IMG/VR virus record: IMGVR_UViG_3300032007_000008 | Strand: one strand, 5' to 3' | Length of the DNA: 64,000 nt | DNA from: a virus | Taxonomy: Duplodnaviria > Heunggongvirae > Uroviricota > Caudoviricetes | Shown: positions 55,640-64,000 of the stretch, piece after piece | How positions within the stretch are numbered: position 1 is the first letter of the stretch | How the letters are laid out: every line of letters starts with the position of its first letter | The notes under the pieces: generated by a model | The model's input: the letters and a program-made list of their open reading frames with translations, nothing else | Database searches by the model: none | Told to the model about the DNA's origin: nothing | Program-made: the position numbers and the translations under genes

Positions 55640-58600
55640 CTACCGCCTAATCAGCAGAGTTTCATACCATTCTTTCGGTATAGCACTTCTGTAATCGACC
55701 TTTCCGCTATCATACGAAATGGACGAACCGACATCAGGAATGTCTTCCACCGAACTTCCGTTGAATATACTGACGGGATGCGCCCTAGAAGACGTTACCT
55801 CGTATACGCCCCTGCATGCGTCGTGATATCCATTTATGTATATTCCTTCAGACCATGCGCCTGCATACCTCTTTCCTATGAAGTTTCCGTTGATGTCATA
55901 CACGAGAACTCCAAACAGAAGAGATGCCTTCTGAATCCAGTTGTATGCTCGATATATGCTGCTCTCTTTGGTCTTCGATTTCAGAACATTCCATGGGTCT
56001 GTGCGTCCATTCACCCAATCGTTGTGATTTACATAATACGCAGATACATTAAACAGAGCGTCAAATCCATCTGGGGTCAGCTTTTCTTCGCCTGAGGCAG
56101 TCCATGGAGCAAGCTTTACGACTTTGCCTGCGGAATTTTTGTATGGATAGTACGGAACCAGTATGAAGTAGTCGCTATTGGACTGAAGTTGACCGCCATA
56201 GCGGATAAAGCCGTTTGAAAATGCCCATCTCATGTAATCTGAATCCAGTCCATACCGAACATCGTCCGTTGGATTGTTGAAAGAACAGTATCTAACGGCG
56301 CCGGTTCTTTCGCTTATGCCGTTCATGTCATATATCAACTGGTCCAAACCGTCTATGCATTCACTTGTTGCTATTACGATGCTTGCAGGAAATGCATGTG
56401 AAAAGTTTTTTTCTGTCGGTGTCGAACCGGCACTTTCGACGGTATTGGCTGTCTTCTTTACGAGAACCGACAGGTCGAAATCGTCCTTTGTCGAATACAG
56501 CTTCTTGACATTGTTAAACATATACGCGATGCTCGAAGGCTCATAACCGTCAAGAGTTGTTGTTTTATGGTATGCATCTTCGAATGCATGGAAAGGAACA
56601 GGCTCATCGCTCTCTTCGCAAAGCATATATTCTCCGCGATGACGTTCGTCAGGCTCGCTGTCTCCATAGTCCTTTACTGTTATCTCGGTAACGCCTGAAC
56701 GGTATATCTTGTATACGTCATACCACGAAAGAGGTCTTCCGCTCTCATCTGAGCTTTCGACGACGACATTTCCTGTAACTATGTCGCAAGGAAATGTCTT
56801 TCCTTCTAAAATCCTCCTATGTCCTTCGGAAATTTTAGTTCCACGGGGAATCAAAACTCGTCCTGTATAGAGGTCTTCATCAAGTTTTTCGCCGGCAAGT
56901 CTATCAAACGCCCTCCAGGTGGTTATTCTGTCACCCTTGGAGAACGCTATTATTTTATTGCTCTCGTCATCCCTATCCGTTATGACTACATCTGATGTGA
57001 AAGTTCTTCCAGAAATCGCATAGAAGTCATTTTGCACAAACTGATGACCTGATTCAAAAGACTTAACTACGCTGCCTGCTGCAACAATGTCGTTTTTCAG
57101 AGGATTTTCAGCATATACCTCCACAGTAGTTATAGGCGTACTCTGTGCCGCCAAAGCGATTGCGTCTTCCCTAGACAAAACTTTGTTCTGATAGTAATTA
57201 TAGCGAACGCCTCCCTTATATACATTTGGTATTGGTGTGGCAAGATATCTTCCGTCAAGTGAATCGCCGTACACGGTTATGGAGTTAATCGACGCTGCCC
57301 TGCATCCATCTATAAACGATATGACATCCTCCTCATCCTCAGGAATCTGAAATTCCTTCGGGTATGCGGTGTTTTCTACAGCCAACATCCTTCCCGCGAT
57401 AATGTCATCGTTGTATATGTCTACTGTAAACACTCCATGAGAATACATATCCTCGATATCCGACTCGTCAAGTTTATGGCCAGACGGATAAATTTTGCTC
57501 CCAGACGGATAATTTTCATCATCTATGGAAACGTCGGAATACAAATACTCTCCTGCTATATCAGCATCTACGGCTACCGTTGCAGACAAAGAAATCTCTT
57601 CCGTAACATTTAAAGTTTCCGTATGGCCATGATATTTGAGCTTATCGTCGAAAATTTCTTCTGTTATCTCAGTTCCTGCCTCAATGACATTCTGACTTCC
57701 ATCAACTACATCCTCGGCAAGCCACTTTCCGACAAGCTCTCGCCGTGTGCTCTTTAGAACCGTAAGAGTCTGTTCAGGATTGTGTTCTACAAAATCTCCG
57801 GTTGTGATGACCCTTCCATTTTCCAGCCTAAGAGATATATTGGAAATGCACCATTCACGTATGTTGTAATAACCACCGTAAGAAACATTGTCATGGGTCA
57901 TTATCCTTATCATGTGTCTTCTCGGCGGTTCACCCTCTGCAAGAAAATCATTTGTCGCATACTGTACATTCTCCCATGTATCGACATTCTCCTGAGACGC
58001 GACGACACGTCTATCGCATATGCGGTATCTCTCGCTGTCATGTATATAAACATTGGAAACCTTATAACCGTTTCTTCCGTCCATAACGGCATTTGCGTTG
58101 TGTAGCCTTATTGCATCAAGGTCGTTCTTGGTGAAGGTGTGCTCCGCCTCGAAAAACGTCTCGTATATGCTGCTCCATACAGCATGCTCGCCATTGGAGC
58201 TTCCGCTTATGATATCACCATTTGCAAGATTTTTTACACTAGTAGATATCCACGAACTCCCATTTTTCCGAAACACAGAGGTAACTCTATGATTGACTAA
58301 TTCCTCTTTGACATATGTTGCATTCGTTATGACATATTTTGCCGGATACAGCATCTTTACATATCTAAGTGGGTTTTTAAGGGTCATCCCCTCAAGGCTT
58401 AGATTTATGTTTCCTGCATCTCCGCTTCTTTCAACTTGTTCCCAAGTGCTGTATGGATAATCAATCGTATCGTCTATAAGGTAAATCAAGCCGTTCTTGA
58501 ATGGAAGTTTGCACTTCCAATAAAAGCTAAGTTCGAAATTACCGTCAACCGTAAAGGACAGTGTATCCATCTGCCCATATAAGGTGTTCTTACAAGTAAG

Positions 58601-61198
58601 AGAGTTGTATCCGTTCAAAAGTTCTCCATCGTCAACGCCCCACCCGTTCATCTCGCTCTCATTCCAGTCTATCGTGACATAGTTTATCATATACTGTGAC
58701 ACGCCTGCTGCCGATACCGCAGCATTATATGAATCTATATCCCGTGTGTCGTTCTTTGTCAAATAACGGTCTTTTTCCATCCATGTGGTAAGCTTGCCAC
58801 TGTATATGTCTTTCTTTGCAGGATAAGACGAGATTCTGTCTCCAACATTTATCGAATTTACCCTCTTGAGCTGGTAGGAAGTTCCATCATAATTATAGAC
58901 GTAGTATATATTGTTGGAGGAGAGAGTTTCTTTAACTCCAACAGCGTCATTTACGGTGAAATCTTTCTCGTAAAGTTTTTCATGCCTTTTTAAATCCGCT
59001 CCAAGAGTTTCGTCGTCAAGTGCAGACGCGCCATTTCTTATATATACGTTTCTGAGATAGCCACTCCTGTTGTAATAAGCTGAATATACGGTGACATATC
59101 TCACAGCTCCTCTGCTAATGAGATTAAGGTCTTCATCTGTTATGACGTGGCCTGCTCCAAACGATTTCGTTTTAAGCGTACTACCATCATAATAACTAAA
59201 TGCTATTGGCCTAGCCAACGTGCGTCCAACAACATTACTATTAACTGCGCACGTAACTGGAAAGTTCCAGCGGTTTCTCCTTCCGCGCCAATGCCACCAG
59301 GAACGGTACCATCCGCCGCGATACCAGCTTCCCCATCCATACCATCCGTAGTAGTAGGGGTTGTATCCGTACCATGCGTTGTAATACGCTGGATATGCAT
59401 ACCATCCGCCATACCATGTATTATAGTACTTGTAGTAGTTGTAATAGTATCCGTTGTACCACCCTCCGTAGTATGGATAGTAGTTTGTATAGTAATAGTA
59501 GTTGTTGTAGTAATATGGGTAATAGTACTGGTTATTGTAATAATAGTAGTAGCTTCCGTAATAACCGTAATAATTGTAGTAATTATAGTAATACGGATTG
59601 CTGTAATAGTAGTTATACCCATAATAACTATAGTTATATGGATAATATCCATAGTAATTGTAGTAATATGGATAGTAATAGCCATTATACCAATACGGAT
59701 GACGCACCCATCCGCCTCTCCACCACCACCAATTATGCGAATACATCGCAGAAAGAACCATTGTTGGGCAATGAGCTGGCTTTTCGCGCCTATAATGGAT
59801 GAACGACTTGCTTAAGTCAAGCTCAAGACTTGAGCAGTTATTGAACATTCTTTCATACGTATAGCCATAATTCGGTATGAAACCGTCAATCTTCTTTAAG
59901 TCTCCACAGTCCTCGAACATGCTTTCGTATGTTATTTTTCCGTTATAGCACGAACTTCCGACATTTTCCTCGGACATACAGCATGATATTCCACGTAGGT
60001 CTGCATACCTCGAAGACGTGTTCGAATACATGTTGGAAAAATCGTATACTCCATTAGGATATATCTCCAGCTCCTCCCCTCCTGCGCAAAACGCCTTTCC
60101 GTCAGGCAGATAATCCGTTGGGATGGTTTCTGAAATAAGCTTGAGGGTTTCTGAAATAGTTCCAATGTCGTCTGTTGATTTGGACATTATAAGAGCTGGA
60201 GCGGACGATGCTATCCACCTGTCGCCTGAAAACATGTCCTTCATGGAATTGACATAATTGACCTTGTTTATCAGTATTCTGCTTACGCCGTTATCTATAA
60301 GAAGCCTCAAAATCTCATCTGTTATAATCTCTCCGTTGCCGCATATAACATGGCTTTCAGAATCGGCTATCTCCTGTGCCGATATCTTGCCAACAATTTT
60401 CTCAGACACATCGACCGTTTCGGTAAGATAAACGTCGATAGTTTGAATATCTTTCTCGACAAGCATATCTATCTTGTCTTCATCGACCACTTCGCCAACG
60501 GACATTAAAAGCTCAACAGGGGAATATGTATCGAATGCGACCATTCTTCCGATTACCCGGTTTTCGAATTCGTCGTCATAGGAATCAATAACTATATTTT
60601 CAGTACTATACACTTCCACGCTAAACACGGAGCTTTCATTCAGTTTAACTATGTCGTTTATCGTAAGAACATGATTTTGGCCAACAATTCCACCCTCAGA
60701 CGCGCTTGCTGTCAGCCGTCCAACAGCGGATACCTTTGCTGGTATTATTTCCGTTTCCGGGTTGCCATCACCATCCTTAGCCACAACCTCGACACTAGAA
60801 AGTCCTTTAGAAACAGCATTTTCAACGGTGGATGCATTAAGTATGGAACATGATGCAAACAGTTGTTCCCCGCCTACGTAAATGCTTTTCGCTGAAACAC
60901 GACCATTAGATGCATTCACGCTTACGGATTCAGAATCGGTATATCCTACAAGCTGAAACTTTGTGTCGTTGAATGCAAACCGCGAATTAGTAAAAGCTTC
61001 GTCGCAATCAGACAACATGCTCATCCTAGACTTTTGTCCATCAAATGTAGTGCTACCCTCAGCACCGGCTCCATAAAACATGGAATCCATGTACTTCACT
61101 TTGTCCGATATGCTCTGGAAGTTCATGTTCGGTGCGTCTAGGCTTTCGCAGCCGTAGAACATGTAGTTTAGGTTTTCATATGCTTTGTCGTTTGCCAT
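55640..61198 (-). CDS. 1852-aa multidomain virion-like protein (DUF285-like repeats, RNAP-beta'-like modules, Tyr-rich tract, jelly-roll module)
   Basis: Long ORF with AAGGA upstream; domains read from the translation. Confidence 0.75.
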   Translation of the reverse strand: MANDKAYENLNYMFYGCESLDAPNMNFQSISDKVKYMDSMFYGAGAEGSTTFDGQKSRMSMLSDCDEAFTNSRFAFNDTKFQLVGYTDSESVSVNASNGRVSAKSIYVGGEQLFASCSILNASTVENAVSKGLSSVEVVAKDGDGNPETEIIPAKVSAVGRLTASASEGGIVGQNHVLTINDIVKLNESSVFSVEVYSTENIVIDSYDDEFENRVIGRMVAFDTYSPVELLMSVGEVVDEDKIDMLVEKDIQTIDVYLTETVDVSEKIVGKISAQEIADSESHVICGNGEIITDEILRLLIDNGVSRILINKVNYVNSMKDMFSGDRWIASSAPALIMSKSTDDIGTISETLKLISETIPTDYLPDGKAFCAGGEELEIYPNGVYDFSNMYSNTSSRYADLRGISCCMSEENVGSSCYNGKITYESMFEDCGDLKKIDGFIPNYGYTYERMFNNCSSLELDLSKSFIHYRREKPAHCPTMVLSAMYSHNWWWWRGGWVRHPYWYNGYYYPYYYNYYGYYPYNYSYYGYNYYYSNPYYYNYYNYYGYYGSYYYYYNNQYYYPYYYNNYYYYTNYYPYYGGWYNGYYYNYYKYYNTWYGGWYAYPAYYNAWYGYNPYYYGWYGWGSWYRGGWYRSWWHWRGRRNRWNFPVTCAVNSNVVGRTLARPIAFSYYDGSTLKTKSFGAGHVITDEDLNLISRGAVRYVTVYSAYYNRSGYLRNVYIRNGASALDDETLGADLKRHEKLYEKDFTVNDAVGVKETLSSNNIYYVYNYDGTSYQLKRVNSINVGDRISSYPAKKDIYSGKLTTWMEKDRYLTKNDTRDIDSYNAAVSAAGVSQYMINYVTIDWNESEMNGWGVDDGELLNGYNSLTCKNTLYGQMDTLSFTVDGNFELSFYWKCKLPFKNGLIYLIDDTIDYPYSTWEQVERSGDAGNINLSLEGMTLKNPLRYVKMLYPAKYVITNATYVKEELVNHRVTSVFRKNGSSWISTSVKNLANGDIISGSSNGEHAVWSSIYETFFEAEHTFTKNDLDAIRLHNANAVMDGRNGYKVSNVYIHDSERYRICDRRVVASQENVDTWENVQYATNDFLAEGEPPRRHMIRIMTHDNVSYGGYYNIREWCISNISLRLENGRVITTGDFVEHNPEQTLTVLKSTRRELVGKWLAEDVVDGSQNVIEAGTEITEEIFDDKLKYHGHTETLNVTEEISLSATVAVDADIAGEYLYSDVSIDDENYPSGSKIYPSGHKLDESDIEDMYSHGVFTVDIYNDDIIAGRMLAVENTAYPKEFQIPEDEEDVISFIDGCRAASINSITVYGDSLDGRYLATPIPNVYKGGVRYNYYQNKVLSREDAIALAAQSTPITTVEVYAENPLKNDIVAAGSVVKSFESGHQFVQNDFYAISGRTFTSDVVITDRDDESNKIIAFSKGDRITTWRAFDRLAGEKLDEDLYTGRVLIPRGTKISEGHRRILEGKTFPCDIVTGNVVVESSDESGRPLSWYDVYKIYRSGVTEITVKDYGDSEPDERHRGEYMLCEESDEPVPFHAFEDAYHKTTTLDGYEPSSIAYMFNNVKKLYSTKDDFDLSVLVKKTANTVESAGSTPTEKNFSHAFPASIVIATSECIDGLDQLIYDMNGISERTGAVRYCSFNNPTDDVRYGLDSDYMRWAFSNGFIRYGGQLQSNSDYFILVPYYPYKNSAGKVVKLAPWTASGEEKLTPDGFDALFNVSAYYVNHNDWVNGRTDPWNVLKSKTKESSIYRAYNWIQKASLLFGVLVYDINGNFIGKRYAGAWSEGIYINGYHDACRGVYEVTSSRAHPVSIFNGSSVEDIPDVGSSISYDSGKVDYRSAIPKEWYETLLIRR
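59265..59740 (-). repeat. Tyr/Asn/Gly/Trp low-complexity coding tract
   Basis: WWWWRGGW..YYYPYYYNYYGYY..GGWYRSWWHWRGRR. Confidence 0.95.
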
Positions 61199-61211
61199 TA
61201 TCTAAATTTCC

Positions 61212-64000
61212 TTAATTGAACGTGAAGTCTGTAAATAATCCGTTTGTGCATCCATAGAACGCGCCAGACATCGACTCCATGTCTGTCGGTATCGACGATA
61301 TACTCTCAAACCTGCACTTTTGGCAGTTATGGAAAGCATCGCTCATGTCAACTGTTCCAGAAGGTATCGTTATTCCATCCAATATAGCGTTTTTACAATT
61401 GAAGAACATGGACTTCATGCTCGTGAGAACTGAAGCGGATATGTTCGCAGATGGTATCGACGCGGAATAGCAATTCTCGAACATCGAACGCGCCTCCTTT
61501 ACATCTATCTTGGTTCCTTCTGGCCATGATGTCACAGAACGATTTACATCCTTTCTATGGAGATTGTCTATTCTCTTCTCTATATACAATGTTGAACCAA
61601 AATCCGCATTTATGCAATCCTTGAACATTTCATTATAGGAAGACAGCGTTGTATTTGGACTCATAAACACGAGATTGCTGTCTTTTACGAATGTCCGCAT
61701 GCCATCAGACGGAGACAAATGACCGTATATGCCGGAAAAAGACGCAGTATTTGAATATCCGCACTTTATGAAAGCGTCCAAAGACGAGATTTTCTCTGTG
61801 CCGTCAGTTGGATTGAGCTTTACTATCTCAGGATAATCATCTGGGTCTGAAATATAATCGGGAAGGCTGAAATCCTCGAAATCCTGATATACTGACGCAA
61901 ATCCGGTAATATTTGAGGCGGAAGAATACCCAATATGTTTTAATTCGCGTCTTTCGTCATTGAACCCATATGATATGTTAAGATAGTCCGCAAACACATC
62001 TTCATCAGGTTCGTAATGTTTATAAATGCAATATTTTGGAGTATCATCGACCGTTGCAAATGTGTAAACTATGGCATCGCTTCCGATATTGTAGCTCTTG
62101 CTCTTTAATACCATATTCGCATACCTGTCCTTGAACTTTTCTGGAACCTGTCCAACCGGAGTGGTTATTATCGTCACAGAGGAGTCCTTGATTGCGTTCA
62201 ATAGAGTAAACGTGAACTCATAGACTGAAACATAATCTGGATTTTGGTCTGTTCCTATATTTGTCATCACCTTCTCATATGTGACAAGTATTGGAAATCC
62301 GTTGTCTATCTCTACGACACCATAATCGTCTCTTCCCGTGAAATTGGTCTTGCAAAAGCTTACAGCTCCGCTCTCTGAAGACTCCCTCAACGTAAACAGA
62401 AGCTCGTTGTCTGGATAGTTGCCAACTTTGTCCGAATCGGCTATATCCATTGGGTTCTTAAAGGTATAGTAGTTCACGAACCGATTTGCCGCGCTATTAT
62501 ATGCCAACACGCGCTGCCCATTGCTTGGATACATCACAAGAGTTTTATTGACAACCTCAAACCCGCGATAGCTTACGGCCTCGTTGCCCAATTCCTCGTG
62601 TACGTCAACATATTCGAATCGAGTTTCCTTCTCGGTATCCAACACGTTTGTTATCCTTAGAACATTTGCGCTGTTTCTTGGGGACAGGAATACATCGCCG
62701 TCGAACAGGTACGAAGACGTATATTCTATTCCGTCATTATGGTCGAACGTGAACGTTTCGAAATCACCTTCAGCCTTTCCGACTGTTATCTCTATTGGAG
62801 ATTGTCCGTCCAATCCGCTCACGAGAACGATGGTTTCGTCGGAATAATCAACAAACATCTCCTCATAAAGATTTTCGGAGAAAATCTCCTTCTGCCATAC
62901 CACGTTTACGTAATGGGAATCGTCAACAGGCCATTCGCCTTCAGTATCGTAAAATCCATCGCAAGCCGCATAATCGGAAATTCCGTTTGTGAGGACTCTC
63001 CATTTGCAATTGCCAAACCTAAGTTCCTTTTTCCAGTTCTTTCCGTCCTCGGAGAACATCACATAGCGTCCGTCGATTGACTCTGCGTAGAATCTGTCCT
63101 TTCCGCATCCTATAAGTCTCTTCAAAGACCCTCTCGACTCTATTGCTCTATAAAAGTTCTTTCCGCCATCTGTCGAAACGAGAATGCTGTCTCCTCCGTC
63201 GGCTGCGCATATCACAGTATTTCCTATGGACATAGGCTGTCCAAGACTCATGGGAGCATATTCGGTTTCACCGTCGAAATCGTAAATCGACGACTTTTCC
63301 GAAACACTTCCGCTATATGCTATGTTCCTGTCAATCCAGCCGAGCTGAGAATATCCGTTGGCGTTTACCGCAACAACCACAAACGATTCGTTTTCGCAAA
63401 CCATGGAAGACACGGTATCAGACTCTGGATACTTCACAACGCCGTCCAGTGAATGTTCCATTCTTTCAAGAGATACTGTCCAATTTGAATCGGAATCTCC
63501 GAAATCTATCGTAAGTTTGAGAAGGGAATTGACTATATCTGAGCGCGTATGCTCGAAAGTGGCTATATGCGTAAGCTCTTGCGTCTCGGCATCTTTCTCA
63601 TCAGTATCGTCAACGGTGTCTTCTGGCGAATCCACGCCAAAAATGAAATGTGCCGAATTCTTGATATACGTTCCGCCGCAAATGCTTGTCGCAAAGCCAA
63701 GTGAATCCGAACTCAACCTCTTCTCAGGCCCTATCTTCGACAGTTCTACCTCGAAAACCTTTTCGCCATCCGATATGTACAAACCGGATTCAGATATGCT
63801 GCGGTCGGATGGGTTGAACCTTTTCAGAATCAACTTCTTTTGGGAATCAGAATCTCGCGTACCAGTTGACAGTGACATCAATGCGCAAGGATATTCAACT
63901 CCACGACTTTTCACCACGAACGTAAACACTTCACCGTCGTGGCTTCCAACATCGTTATCGGTGATTCCTCCCAAAGAGTCTACGGCAAAAAACCTTTCGG
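61212..64000 (-). CDS. Large tail protein, 5'-truncated, with beta-propeller (BNR-like) and DUF285-like repeats
   Basis: The frame is open to the window edge (ERFFAVDSLGG..), so TTG 63974 is not the true start. STDGGKNF and SEDGKNW are BNR motifs; the C-terminus has MFxxC repeats. Confidence 0.75.
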   Translation of the reverse strand, partial: ERFFAVDSLGGITDNDVGSHDGEVFTFVVKSRGVEYPCALMSLSTGTRDSDSQKKLILKRFNPSDRSISESGLYISDGEKVFEVELSKIGPEKRLSSDSLGFATSICGGTYIKNSAHFIFGVDSPEDTVDDTDEKDAETQELTHIATFEHTRSDIVNSLLKLTIDFGDSDSNWTVSLERMEHSLDGVVKYPESDTVSSMVCENESFVVVAVNANGYSQLGWIDRNIAYSGSVSEKSSIYDFDGETEYAPMSLGQPMSIGNTVICAADGGDSILVSTDGGKNFYRAIESRGSLKRLIGCGKDRFYAESIDGRYVMFSEDGKNWKKELRFGNCKWRVLTNGISDYAACDGFYDTEGEWPVDDSHYVNVVWQKEIFSENLYEEMFVDYSDETIVLVSGLDGQSPIEITVGKAEGDFETFTFDHNDGIEYTSSYLFDGDVFLSPRNSANVLRITNVLDTEKETRFEYVDVHEELGNEAVSYRGFEVVNKTLVMYPSNGQRVLAYNSAANRFVNYYTFKNPMDIADSDKVGNYPDNELLFTLRESSESGAVSFCKTNFTGRDDYGVVEIDNGFPILVTYEKVMTNIGTDQNPDYVSVYEFTFTLLNAIKDSSVTIITTPVGQVPEKFKDRYANMVLKSKSYNIGSDAIVYTFATVDDTPKYCIYKHYEPDEDVFADYLNISYGFNDERRELKHIGYSSASNITGFASVYQDFEDFSLPDYISDPDDYPEIVKLNPTDGTEKISSLDAFIKCGYSNTASFSGIYGHLSPSDGMRTFVKDSNLVFMSPNTTLSSYNEMFKDCINADFGSTLYIEKRIDNLHRKDVNRSVTSWPEGTKIDVKEARSMFENCYSASIPSANISASVLTSMKSMFFNCKNAILDGITIPSGTVDMSDAFHNCQKCRFESISSIPTDMESMSGAFYGCTNGLFTDFTFN

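Noticed and set aside
55640-61198. Phage-encoded multisubunit RNA polymerase subunit
   Set aside because: It has no NADFDGD or other catalytic motifs, only repeats of one small peripheral-domain-like module.
1-64000. Stop-codon reassignment
   Set aside because: TAA, TAG and TGA all end genes at sensible boundaries, and genes of 4-7 kb are open in the standard code.
1-64000. tRNA, rRNA, reverse transcriptase or integrase genes
   Set aside because: No cloverleaf/TTCGA arm context, YxDD RT motif set or recombinase motif was seen by eye. A tRNAscan-SE run would be needed to exclude tRNAs fully.

Overview
This is 64 kb of a large T4-like (contractile-tailed, probably jumbo) phage genome in the standard genetic code, with almost all genes on the minus strand. 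In transcription order it holds a ~24 kb block of giant tail/baseplate genes, a T4 T-like holin, nrdD/nrdG, two glycosyltransferases, neck (gp14-like) and gp4-like genes. The head module follows (portal, prohead protease, scaffold, major capsid), then rmlC and a cluster of repeat-rich tail-fibre-like genes. About 17 copies of a T4-late-like promoter (CTAAATAG) and four sigma70-type promoters are visible. The strongest oddities are these. (1) An orphan C-terminal half of DNA polymerase B begins with an atypically split intein, and no N-half is in the window. (2) Four unrelated proteins share an N-terminal [IL]xxAYxx[VM]x[ES] motif followed by gp21-type cleavage sites: a SAM-lyase-like protein, an ankyrin protein and two glycine-rich proteins. 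I infer this is a capsid-loaded payload set. (3) Two paralogous low-complexity head-cluster proteins end in DFKTWKAK. (4) The portal has a long repeat tail. (5) A 1852-aa tail protein carries about 10-14 RNA-polymerase-beta'-like modules and a ~155-aa Tyr/Trp/Asn/Gly tract. (6) A 27-bp repeat array shows AAC-centred, DGR-like variation. (7) A candidate ~100-nt late ncRNA lies upstream of the scaffold gene. All family calls are from motif recognition by eye; no database search was run.
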